Virus record (IMG/VR): IMGVR_UViG_3300021375_001810
From: a virus
DNA length: 64,000 nucleotides
Reading direction: 5' to 3' (one strand)
Shown here: positions 47,314 through 56,269 of the stretch, piece after piece
Layout: each line of letters starts with the position of its first letter
Numbering within the stretch: position 1 is the stretch's first letter
Made by a program: the position numbers and the translations under genes
The notes under the pieces: model-generated
Databases searched by the model: none
Seen by the model: only the letters and a program-made list of their open reading frames with translations
What the model was told of the DNA's origin: nothing

Positions 47314-47403
47314 TGTCAAAATATTAACACTTGCATCTGTCAAATTTTTGCAAAGGTGTTACTTATTTACACATAGTTAATATCACCACTCCCTAGATAA
47401 ATA
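47314..47403 (+). promoter_or_regulatory. operator-like imperfect palindromes plus late promoter of the csg operon
   Basis: TGTC-N8-AACA (47314), TGTC-N8-GCAA (47338), TAAATA (47398). Confidence 0.45.
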
Positions 47404-47461
47404 CAACGAGAAGGATATATTATAGAATAAGAGTGTGAGGGCTCTAACTTCGGAGATTATT

Positions 47462-47953
47462 ATGACAAAATATGGTTTAGGGGCGATCCTTGTGTTACTA
47501 ACTTTTACTAATGCAGGGGCAACAGAGATTCTATGGGGTTTTAAGAATCCTGCTTTCCATTATGGTAACGGTTATTCAACCCATGTACTAAGTGTAGAGC
47601 AACTACAATATAATCGTAAAAAAGAGATTGCTGATTTTCAAAGATCAGAAGCACTAAGGATTGAAAGAGAACTTGAGAATACAACACTCAACAAGTTCTT
47701 AAAAAACTTAGAGTCAAGAATTTACGCACAGATATCAAAACAGATGGTAGACAGTATGTTTAGCTCATGTGATGATGCTGCAGCGGCCGCTGGAACTTGT
47801 ACACAAGCAACAACAGGTACAGCAACAATAGAAGGTTCTACAATTACGTGGATCAGAGATCCACTAACAGGATCTATTACCCTTCAAATATTAAATGAAG
47901 ACGGTACGTATACGGAAATAACAATTCCTGGATCAGGGGAGTTTGGATTTTAA
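47462..47953 (+). CDS. csgF: curli assembly protein CsgF-like
   Basis: Signal peptide then WGFKNPAF..GN......L..EQ.Q, matching the CsgF N-terminus; adjacent to csgG. Confidence 0.82.
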   Translation: MTKYGLGAILVLLTFTNAGATEILWGFKNPAFHYGNGYSTHVLSVEQLQYNRKKEIADFQRSEALRIERELENTTLNKFLKNLESRIYAQISKQMVDSMFSSCDDAAAAAGTCTQATTGTATIEGSTITWIRDPLTGSITLQILNEDGTYTEITIPGSGEFGF

Positions 47954-48892
47954 ATGATACGTTCTCTTTTAATTATTGCTATGACATTGTTAGCAACTGG
48001 GTGTGCCATGACCCCCTCCATGGTAGATTATTCAAAAGAGTCCAGTTGGAAGCCAACTGTACAGACAGCTCCTTTAGTAAATGAACTAAGAGATGTCCCT
48101 GAATTAAACGGCCCAGTAATAACAATAGCAGTTTATAACTTTTTAGACAAAACAGGTCAAAGAAAACCAGCAAGTAATATTGCTAATCTTTCTTCGGCAG
48201 TTTCTCAAGGCAGTGAAGTATGGGTAATAAAGGCATTACAAGAGGCAGGTAACGGCACGTGGTTTCAAGTTGTAGAGCGTGTAGGCCTAGACAATTTAGT
48301 TAAAGAGCGTCAACTGATTCGTTCCACAAGGGAACAGTATGAACGCACAAAAGAGAAAGGACCAACCCCTTTAAAACCTATGCTATTTGCAGGTTTACTT
48401 TTAGAGGGCGGCATTGTAGGTTATGATAGCAATGTTGCAGCAGGGGGTGTAGGAGCCAGATATTTAGGCATTGGAGCACAAACTGAATATCGAATAGACA
48501 CAGTAACCGTGGTGATGAGAATTGTATCAGTAAGTACCGGCAAGGTTTTATTATCTGTCGCTACCGAAAAGGTCATCGCATCGTCACGATCCGGAGCGGA
48601 CGTATTTAAGTTTTTAGATATGGGTACAAAAGCTGTCGAAGCGGAGAGTGGATACTCTGTAAATGAACCAGTCAATTATGCCGTGAGAGCAGCCATTGAG
48701 GCAGGCATAATTGAAATAATAAATCAAGGCGAAAAGGAAGGGCTTTGGAAGTTCAAGGAACAACGGGTAACAGGAACTGAAGCAGAAGTAATAGAGAACA
48801 CTAATGAAGGGGTCTCTATTTATTGTGAAACAGAAGACAAATGTTACACCTCTGAGGAACTGGACAAAAAAGCACAATCTTTAGACCGATAA
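47954..48892 (+). CDS. csgG: curli secretion channel lipoprotein CsgG
   Basis: Lipobox ATGC; AVYNFLDKTGQRK, SSAVSQG, WFQVVER.GLDNLVKERQLIR, EGGIVGYDSN, NEPV. Confidence 0.93.
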   Translation: MIRSLLIIAMTLLATGCAMTPSMVDYSKESSWKPTVQTAPLVNELRDVPELNGPVITIAVYNFLDKTGQRKPASNIANLSSAVSQGSEVWVIKALQEAGNGTWFQVVERVGLDNLVKERQLIRSTREQYERTKEKGPTPLKPMLFAGLLLEGGIVGYDSNVAAGGVGARYLGIGAQTEYRIDTVTVVMRIVSVSTGKVLLSVATEKVIASSRSGADVFKFLDMGTKAVEAESGYSVNEPVNYAVRAAIEAGIIEIINQGEKEGLWKFKEQRVTGTEAEVIENTNEGVSIYCETEDKCYTSEELDKKAQSLDR

Positions 48893-48898
48893 AGAGGG

Positions 48899-49615
48899 AT
48901 GATTATGAAAAAGATATATACAGGACTCACAGTTCTATTATTATCTAGTTTTGTAAACTTTGCGTCCGCTAATGATATCTATATCGAGCAAGTAGGTGAT
49001 ACTTTAGATTTAGATATTGTTCAGGACGGTACAGGAAATAAAATTGGTGATGCAGTTACAGGCGTAGACCTGGACGGTGCATCCATGACATTTAGTATAT
49101 CTCAAGTTGGAAATACCAACATCGTTTCAGCACTTATCAAAGGTGCATCGTACACTGGTACGTGGGACGTAAATGGTAGTGGTAACGATATCGACTTCAA
49201 ATGTTCTAGTACATCTACAGGTAACTGTGAAGATGTAACAGCAACAATTGACATCGATGGTGACAACACTAACTTAGATTTATATATAGGTGAAAATGGT
49301 GATGCTGATGATACTAATGTTACGTTAGACATTGACGGAAATGGAAACATTCTGAATATGGCTTTAGACGGAACAGACCTGGCGCTAAACTACACTATTG
49401 ACAATAGTGCTAACAGTGGCGGAAGTTCAACACTAGCAAACACCTTTACGATTAATGTTGATGATTCAGGCTTAACTGGACACAATCAAACTATTAGTCT
49501 AATTGGTGGTGGTAATACAGTAGACATCACACAAAGTGGTACAGCTCAAGATCAAACAATAAGTCTTGACTTGCAAACTAGTGGTAGTGATATCGACATT
49601 ACACAGAGCGACTAA
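48899..49615 (+). CDS. secreted curlin-like beta-solenoid protein
   Basis: Signal peptide; about 22-aa repeats with Q/D-x-G-x-x-N. Confidence 0.7.
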   Translation: MIMKKIYTGLTVLLLSSFVNFASANDIYIEQVGDTLDLDIVQDGTGNKIGDAVTGVDLDGASMTFSISQVGNTNIVSALIKGASYTGTWDVNGSGNDIDFKCSSTSTGNCEDVTATIDIDGDNTNLDLYIGENGDADDTNVTLDIDGNGNILNMALDGTDLALNYTIDNSANSGGSSTLANTFTINVDDSGLTGHNQTISLIGGGNTVDITQSGTAQDQTISLDLQTSGSDIDITQSD

Positions 49616-49617
49616 AG

Positions 49618-50742
49618 ATGCAGTTTGCTAGGTATATCCTCGCTGCACTACTTTGGTTACCAATTACAGCATATGCAAATATTGGACAAGTAGCTGATCA
49701 AAAGGGTAATGGTGCGATTGAAAGAGGTAGAGATTTAGTTGGTAGTGGTGTTGGTACTGAAGTACAAAGTATGGATGCTGCTGTTACTACCAACGGAACT
49801 ATGCGAATCGACTTTATTGACGATACTCGAGTAGATATCACACAACATAGTAAACTTATTATTGACGAATTTGTGTTTGATCCAGCGAATGATATCGGAT
49901 CACTAAGTCTAAAAGCGTCATTAGGAACAGTAAGGTACGCATCTGGACAAATTGCAAAGAAGTATAAGCAAAATGTTAAGATTCGTACGCCAAGTGCAAC
50001 AATCGGTGTACGTGGTACTGATTTCGTAATGGTTGTGGACGAAGTTGGCGGAAGTTTAATTACGCTTCTACCAAGTTGTGACTCTGCTGGAAACTGTTAT
50101 ACTGGAGAGATAACAGTGGAAACAGACGCAGGAATGGTTATTATGAATCAAGCATTCCAAGCAACGGCAACACAGACTTCTTCACAGCCTCCGACGCCGC
50201 CCAGACTGTTAGACTTACCAGAAGATATGATTGATACTCTTTTAATTGTAAGAAAGAAAACACCATGGGTTGAAGACGAGGAAGAATGGAAAAAGGCAAA
50301 GAAACAAACAGCAGATATTTTAGGTATTGATTATTTAGAGTTTGATGGATTAGATGTTGAAGTATTTCAAGACCAAGAAGAAATATGGCACACTGAACTT
50401 GACGAAACAGACTTTATGTTAGGCGACTTATTAATAGATATTTTAGAACAACTTAATATTCAATTAGCAGAACTATTTAAAGATGAATTTGAAAAACAAA
50501 AAACAGACTTTAGCGGAGTTAAGTTAGGGTTTGATGCAACAACAGGAATAAGAATTACAGACGTAGATCCATCATATCTATTTGAAAGATATGACAATAT
50601 AGGAACTAACAATGTATACCTAAAGTTGCGTAAAGGAAGCGGAGGATATACTATCAATTTACAACAGGGCGATTTCGAATTAATAGATTATAGAATCGGA
50701 ACTGGTCCTAATAGCATTGACATATATCAAAATAGCCAATGA
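49618..50742 (+). CDS. secreted FecR-domain protein
   Basis: Signal peptide; IDF.DDT.V.I, L..G.VRY, IRTPSATIGVRGTDF motifs. Confidence 0.88.
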   Translation: MQFARYILAALLWLPITAYANIGQVADQKGNGAIERGRDLVGSGVGTEVQSMDAAVTTNGTMRIDFIDDTRVDITQHSKLIIDEFVFDPANDIGSLSLKASLGTVRYASGQIAKKYKQNVKIRTPSATIGVRGTDFVMVVDEVGGSLITLLPSCDSAGNCYTGEITVETDAGMVIMNQAFQATATQTSSQPPTPPRLLDLPEDMIDTLLIVRKKTPWVEDEEEWKKAKKQTADILGIDYLEFDGLDVEVFQDQEEIWHTELDETDFMLGDLLIDILEQLNIQLAELFKDEFEKQKTDFSGVKLGFDATTGIRITDVDPSYLFERYDNIGTNNVYLKLRKGSGGYTINLQQGDFELIDYRIGTGPNSIDIYQNSQ

Positions 50743-51920
50743 AGATAACAGGAACACATTTAGGAATATTAATATTAGTAATGTACTTTGCGGCGCAGAC
50801 TGTTGACGCTAACGAGATTTACATCAACCAGGCTGGTGATAACATTGACATGACTATTGTTCAAGATGGTGAAAATAATGTTATTAGTTCACTTACTGGT
50901 AACGCCACTAAAGCCACAATCTCCGGTAATAACACAAGCACAACGTTTACACAAACAGGCGATGACAATGATATAGGCGTGTATATGAGTGCTGGCAATG
51001 GACAACAGACAGTTACACAAACAGGCAATACTAACTATGCTATTGTAGATTGCCACGGTAATAACTGTTCAGCAACCATTATACAAAATGGTAATAATAA
51101 TGCGGCAAATTTAGAGTTTGGTGACGGCGGTGATTACGATAACACTGGTACAATTACACAAGACGGTGACTACAATACGGCTGGTACAGAAATCAATGGC
51201 GACGACAACACTGTTGTAATGGATCAGGATGGTGACTACAATAGTATTGGAGGAATTACCAGCGCACCAATTACTGGTGATAACAATGTACTATCAATGA
51301 TACAAGATGGCGACTATATGACTTTTGAAGGACATCTTGTAGGTAGTAATAATAGTTTAACATCATTTCAAGGCGGCGGAGCCAACAGTAGTTTTATTCG
51401 TGTTAGTACAGTTGGAAGCAATAACACAGGTGATCTACGTCAAGGTAAGAAGATGGACGGATCAGTTGACGGCAATGATAGTGGTAACCATGAACAATAC
51501 ATAACAGTAGTTGGCGATGGTAATACTGTTGATACGTCACAGGTAAACAGTAACGGTGCAAGTTCAGATCATCATATGGCACATATTATAACAGGTGATA
51601 GTAACACACTAAGTCACTTGCAATATGCAGATAGTAAAAAACAAGGCTTCATCGAAATAACAGGCGACAACAATAATGTCGAACTTGAACAAAGAAATAG
51701 TGCAACTCATTTTGCTGACATAGTATTAACTGGAGACGGACATTCTGTATACGGTGAGCAACGTGGGTATGGATCGCATAATATAACAGTAGATCTAACT
51801 AACTCAGGCGGAGCATACAATATGTCAACTACACAAAATTCATCAACTGCACAAACTTACACACTAACCGGGAGTTGTGCAAATGCTAACGGATGTGGTA
51901 TTATAATTACCCAAAACTAA
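50739..51920 (+). CDS. curlin-repeat (CsgA/B-like) protein
   Basis: Signal peptide; repeats QDGENN, QTGDDN, QTGNTN, QNGNNN, QDGDYN (x2). Confidence 0.8.
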   Translation: MKITGTHLGILILVMYFAAQTVDANEIYINQAGDNIDMTIVQDGENNVISSLTGNATKATISGNNTSTTFTQTGDDNDIGVYMSAGNGQQTVTQTGNTNYAIVDCHGNNCSATIIQNGNNNAANLEFGDGGDYDNTGTITQDGDYNTAGTEINGDDNTVVMDQDGDYNSIGGITSAPITGDNNVLSMIQDGDYMTFEGHLVGSNNSLTSFQGGGANSSFIRVSTVGSNNTGDLRQGKKMDGSVDGNDSGNHEQYITVVGDGNTVDTSQVNSNGASSDHHMAHIITGDSNTLSHLQYADSKKQGFIEITGDNNNVELEQRNSATHFADIVLTGDGHSVYGEQRGYGSHNITVDLTNSGGAYNMSTTQNSSTAQTYTLTGSCANANGCGIIITQN

Positions 51921-51968
51921 ATAAATACTACTGACAGCAGAAGGCAGACTGCTAGAAAGTAGGGCGTA

Positions 51969-52451
51969 TTGATAGATCCATTCACCGCCGTAGCCGCGGC
52001 AACCACAGCGTTTAATACTGTAAAAAAATTCGTACACGCTGGTCAAGAATTTGAAAATTGTATGGGCCAAATGGGCAAGTGGTACACTAGTGTATCTGAC
52101 TTCCGTAAAGGTCAGCAGATGCAAAAGAATCCTCCAATATTTAGAAAACTATTAGCCTCAGGCTCAGTTGAAGAAGAAGCACTCAATCTCCTTATCCACG
52201 AAAAGAAAATTATGGAGATGGAAAAAGAACTTCAACAAATGCTAAACATACGTTTTGGCTTTGGAACTTGGGACGAGCTAAAAGAAATGCAACGTAAGAT
52301 ACGTGCTAAACGTGAACGTGAAGTATACAAACAAGCAGAAGCAAAGCAAGCATTAATAAACGGTGTTGCTATTACTTTATTAATAGGAGCATTAGTTAGT
52401 ATGCTTGGAGGATTGTTTTACTTTATATTAAAGGCCAAAGGAATGATTTAA
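51969..52451 (+). CDS. hypothetical protein with C-terminal TM
   Basis: Late promoter 51918/51922; TTG start. Confidence 0.7.
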   Translation: MIDPFTAVAAATTAFNTVKKFVHAGQEFENCMGQMGKWYTSVSDFRKGQQMQKNPPIFRKLLASGSVEEEALNLLIHEKKIMEMEKELQQMLNIRFGFGTWDELKEMQRKIRAKREREVYKQAEAKQALINGVAITLLIGALVSMLGGLFYFILKAKGMI

Positions 52452-52452
52452 A

Positions 52453-52674
52453 TTGAAATATGTCTACAAGAATTTAGTATATGATAATAGGGATACCAAA
52501 GGATTATTATATAGAGATGGTAAACTTTTGTTTATGGGAAATACTTGGAGTGGTATATTACAATTTTTAGCATACAGCAACAACGCACCTGAAGTACGAG
52601 AAATGTTTAAAGCACAACTTGAACAGCGCGAACAAATAAAATTTAAACAGCATCAAAGAGATATAGAAAAATGA
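52453..52674 (+). CDS. hypothetical protein
   Basis: 73-aa ORF in operon. Confidence 0.55.
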   Translation: MKYVYKNLVYDNRDTKGLLYRDGKLLFMGNTWSGILQFLAYSNNAPEVREMFKAQLEQREQIKFKQHQRDIEK

Positions 52675-52889
52675 TACATGCCTTTATGTTAATTGTGTTG
52701 ATAGCAGAAGTTCAACAACCATCGCCTATGTATTTTAGGAGTATAGATGTGTGTCAATACTACGCTAAACGTATACCTCGACAGTATGGTAACTATGGAT
52801 CAAAGTATCTTGTGCCTAAAGAACACAGAATTACAGCTTATTGTAAGCCTGTAAAGGTTCAAGACGGACCTTACATATACGATCATTAA
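52671..52889 (+). CDS. small hypothetical protein (two Cys)
   Basis: ATGA-coupled; hydrophobic N-terminus. Confidence 0.6.
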   Translation: MIHAFMLIVLIAEVQQPSPMYFRSIDVCQYYAKRIPRQYGNYGSKYLVPKEHRITAYCKPVKVQDGPYIYDH

Positions 52890-52899
52890 TAAATACTGT

Positions 52900-54951
52900 A
52901 TGACGAAGTATATCACACACTGGTCAGTAGCATTTATTACTGCCTTTATAATGATAATGTTACACTACGGTGATAGTACTGTAGTGCAAACAGCTCGGCT
53001 CAAGCAATTTGATTTACTTCAACAAACTGACGAGCCCCAACTCTCCCAAGATATTGTAGTAGTCACTATCGACGAACCAGCTATTGAAAAGTACGGTCAA
53101 TGGCCTTGGAGGCGTGATCAGATTGCAGATATAATCTGGAAGCTGCGCGAGGCAGGTGCTGGTATTATTGTAATACCTATTATGTTTTCTGAACCTGATA
53201 GATTAGGTGGAGATAATATTTTATCCGAAGCACTTGTAGATAACGGAGTAGTAATTGCACAAACAGGAACTACCTCTGTTAATAAGAATCCTGTTCCTAG
53301 AGGCGTAGCCAAAATAGGAGATCCTTTACCATACATGTTTGAATGGCCGGGGATGTTAGGACCAATTCCATTGCTAGGTGAAGCGGCAGACGGTGTAGGT
53401 GTTTTAAACACAGCACCAGAAATAGACGGTGTAGTAAGACGTGTTCCGCTCATCATGCGTATCGGTGAAGATACGTATCCTGCTTTAGCAGTGGAAGTAA
53501 TTAGGACAGCGACAGGAAATCCTAGTTATCAAGTAAAAGCGAATCAAGGCGGTATTGAAGCTGTACGTGTTCCGGGTTACCCGATTATCAAAACCGATCC
53601 TAATGCACAAATATGGTTACGTTGGAATAAACAGTTTGAAGAAATTAGTTTAGTAGACGAAGATCAATTTTGGGCTTTAGAAGGTAAGACAGTAATCCTT
53701 GGAATAACCGCAGAAGGAATTGGGGGACTTATTGCAAGTCCAACCGGACCGCAATATAATTACATACCAGCGGCAGTAACCTTACAAACAGTAATGGACG
53801 GAGATCAAATACAACGTCCATTCTGGGCACTCTTAGCAGAAATGATCACAACAGGAATCTTAGGCATAGCCCTTGTGCTAGTTGGACGTTTTGCACCTTA
53901 TTGGTTAGTTGGTACAAAGATAGTTGCATTTAGTGGAGCGTTAGTGTATGGTGCATACTATGCATGGACAAACTACTTGTATCTACTTGACATAACTATG
54001 CCGCTGGCTACTGTAATACTTGTAGGCTTACATTCTGTGTTTAATAGATTTGTAAGTGAATACCTACAAAAGCAAGAAATTAAAAAGCAATTTGCAGGAT
54101 ATGCATCACCTACTATTGTACGTATGTTACAGGAAAATCCTGCACTGATCAAAGACGGTATGAAGAAAGAAGTTAGTATATGTTTTAGTGACCTTAGAGG
54201 TTTTACTCCTTTAGGTGAAAGTTTTGGCGATGACGTTAAAGGCCTAACAAAAATAATGAATGGTTACATGGATGCAATTACACAGCCAGTACTAGACGCC
54301 GACGGTATGATTATTAAGTATATTGGTGATGCTAGTATGCATGTACACAATGCTCCAATTGATGATCCTGATCATCCTAAGAGTGCTGTACAATGTGGAC
54401 TAGATATGTTAAAAGCAGTGGAGAAGTTTAATGAAACATTACAACGAGATAACCGTCCGCCAGTGGGTATGGGTGCTGGCATTAATACTGGTTTGGGGTA
54501 CCTTGGTGAAATGGGTAGCACAAGGAGACATTCGTATGACGTTCTTGGCGACTCAGTATCAACAGCAGCAAGGATTGAATCAAAGTGTAAGGAATACGGG
54601 TGTACCTTACTAGTAGGAGACGCTACATACCAACGTACTAAGTCGGACTTCTTTTACTTAAAAATAGATGACTTAGCAGTAAAAGGAAAAACTGTCGGTA
54701 TAACAATATGGACAGTGTTAGACAATAGACGTCCGGCCTGGCGTGTAGCACAACGTAAACACGAGGATATGCACGAAGCATATAAAGCTCAAAAGTTTGA
54801 CAAAGCAATAGAGTTATGTAATACACTACATAATCATTTTGATGGCAAGATGTCTGACTATTATGATATGTGGATAGAACGTTGCAAATTCCAAAAAACT
54901 CAAGACCTACCTAAAGATTGGAATGGAGTATTCATTGCCACAACAAAATGA
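52900..54951 (+). CDS. CHASE2-domain class III adenylate/guanylate cyclase
   Basis: IDE......GQWPWRR, DGVVRR (CHASE2), TMs, FSDLRGFT, KYIGDA, GINTG, YDVLGDSVSTAARIE, VKGK. Confidence 0.95.
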   Translation: MTKYITHWSVAFITAFIMIMLHYGDSTVVQTARLKQFDLLQQTDEPQLSQDIVVVTIDEPAIEKYGQWPWRRDQIADIIWKLREAGAGIIVIPIMFSEPDRLGGDNILSEALVDNGVVIAQTGTTSVNKNPVPRGVAKIGDPLPYMFEWPGMLGPIPLLGEAADGVGVLNTAPEIDGVVRRVPLIMRIGEDTYPALAVEVIRTATGNPSYQVKANQGGIEAVRVPGYPIIKTDPNAQIWLRWNKQFEEISLVDEDQFWALEGKTVILGITAEGIGGLIASPTGPQYNYIPAAVTLQTVMDGDQIQRPFWALLAEMITTGILGIALVLVGRFAPYWLVGTKIVAFSGALVYGAYYAWTNYLYLLDITMPLATVILVGLHSVFNRFVSEYLQKQEIKKQFAGYASPTIVRMLQENPALIKDGMKKEVSICFSDLRGFTPLGESFGDDVKGLTKIMNGYMDAITQPVLDADGMIIKYIGDASMHVHNAPIDDPDHPKSAVQCGLDMLKAVEKFNETLQRDNRPPVGMGAGINTGLGYLGEMGSTRRHSYDVLGDSVSTAARIESKCKEYGCTLLVGDATYQRTKSDFFYLKIDDLAVKGKTVGITIWTVLDNRRPAWRVAQRKHEDMHEAYKAQKFDKAIELCNTLHNHFDGKMSDYYDMWIERCKFQKTQDLPKDWNGVFIATTK

Positions 54952-55001
54952 TTTTAGTAGTTTAAGTATTGAAGAAAAAGTAATTAATATTAAAAGAAGA
55001 A

Positions 55002-55367
55002 TTAGTGAAATGCAACTAAGGCTACGATTGCAAAATACGTCGAAAAGTGCAAGGCCTGATCCAATGTTTGAACACGAAAGAACGTTGGACTTGAACGAGA
55101 AATCCCAAGCAACTTCACACACGTCGACTTCCAAAAATCAATATGCCAGTGCGCCAAATGATCTAAAAGCGAAACTACTAAAGCACACTCAACAGAAGTA
55201 AAGTTTAAAGTTATTAAAAACGTAAGTAAACTATGCTGAGCATAGTGTATTTGACCGTTACCTAAGTATTTTGTTTTGTCAATATTCTTGTTAAATGTCT
55301 GAAGGAATAAGTCTGCAAAAGTATGCTTTATTACTAATAAAAATAATAAAACAACCTCGGGACTCAT
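55002..55367 (-). CDS. DUF3307 membrane protein
   Basis: H.FAD..LQ, H...H, HWHID..K, DQALH motifs. Confidence 0.8.
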   Translation of the reverse strand: MSPEVVLLFLLVIKHTFADLFLQTFNKNIDKTKYLGNGQIHYAQHSLLTFLITLNFTSVECALVVSLLDHLAHWHIDFWKSTCVKLLGISRSSPTFFRVQTLDQALHFSTYFAIVALVAFH

Positions 55368-55693
55368 TTGGTTGACTTCTTATTCTCTTTAGCCTGAGAA
55401 ATAGCGTCTTCGATTTCATCTAGATCAAGGTCAAAACTTTTGCCAGTGAGCTTTTCATACTGTTCTTTAAATTCTAGTATCATGTTAATCTTTTGATTAA
55501 GTCTAATCATATCGTTATCAAGCATACGTATACGATCAATTAGTGCAATTAGTGTACTGTTTGCTTCACCTAGTACAGGTTTAATTTCTGTTGTAACCCA
55601 TTTCCATACGTAGTAGACAAAGTATCCAAGACCCATGGCTGCAATAATGGGAAAGCCGTATTGGTTTATTGCGTCAATTAAGTCTTGAGACAT
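55364..55693 (-). CDS. GFPI-motif single-TM coiled-coil protein (paralog B)
   Basis: YGFPIIAA..G.FV; DRIRMLDNDMIRL. Confidence 0.75.
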   Translation of the reverse strand: MSQDLIDAINQYGFPIIAAMGLGYFVYYVWKWVTTEIKPVLGEANSTLIALIDRIRMLDNDMIRLNQKINMILEFKEQYEKLTGKSFDLDLDEIEDAISQAKENKKSTK

Positions 55694-55702
55694 GTATTAC
55701 TC

Positions 55703-55867
55703 CTATATTGCTAGACTAAGTCCTATTACTAGTCCAAATATTGCGCCAAACAAAAATAAAGGTGTTCCTATTGCAAAAACATCTCTATAAAAATCTTTTG
55801 CCTGGGCGTCTAGCCATGCCTGGGTTGTTGGATTTTGATTGTTGTAGAATTTATCCCACTTGGTCAT
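55703..55867 (-). CDS. 54-aa membrane protein (not in ORF track)
   Basis: MTKWDKFY...GAIFGLVIGLSLAI; fills the gap between the two paralogs. Confidence 0.6.
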   Translation of the reverse strand: MTKWDKFYNNQNPTTQAWLDAQAKDFYRDVFAIGTPLFLFGAIFGLVIGLSLAI

Positions 55868-56146
55868 TTAATCTCTCCTAGCGTCTTCTTTGCCTTCGTT
55901 AGCGGCTATACGTTCAACGTTAGGTTTTACGTTAAGTGCATAACTCATAAGAGCGTCGATCTTAACTAGATCATTGTTCATTGTTTGAACTCGATTGTTT
56001 AGAGCGGTAATCATACCTTTAAGTCCATTGACACTTCCAGTAACACTGTCGAGAATAAATCTTAATGTAGTGAACACAAATAATCCGCTTGCTAAAGCCC
56101 CCGCAATTGGAAAACCTACGTCTCCTACTATCTTTAAAAATTCCAT
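55868..56146 (-). CDS. GFPI-motif single-TM coiled-coil protein (paralog A)
   Basis: VGFPIAGA..G.FV; NRVQTMNNDLVKI; minus-strand TAAATA at 56182-56187. Confidence 0.75.
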   Translation of the reverse strand: MEFLKIVGDVGFPIAGALASGLFVFTTLRFILDSVTGSVNGLKGMITALNNRVQTMNNDLVKIDALMSYALNVKPNVERIAANEGKEDARRD

Positions 56147-56210
56147 TGTTCTATATTAGTCCCTCACGCTCTCGCTACAAGTATTTACCATTTTTACTTT
56201 CGTTTATAGG

Positions 56211-56239
56211 TTGACAAATATAAGTAATGATGCTATTAT
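56211..56239 (+). promoter_or_regulatory. sigma70 promoter
   Basis: TTGACA-N17-TATTAT with TGn. Confidence 0.7.
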
Positions 56240-56269
56240 AACTAAACAATAGAAATTTAAGGAGTTTTT

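Noticed and set aside
54923-55201. 92-aa + strand ORF after the cyclase
   Set aside because: Overlaps the well-supported DUF3307 gene on the opposite strand; no motifs.
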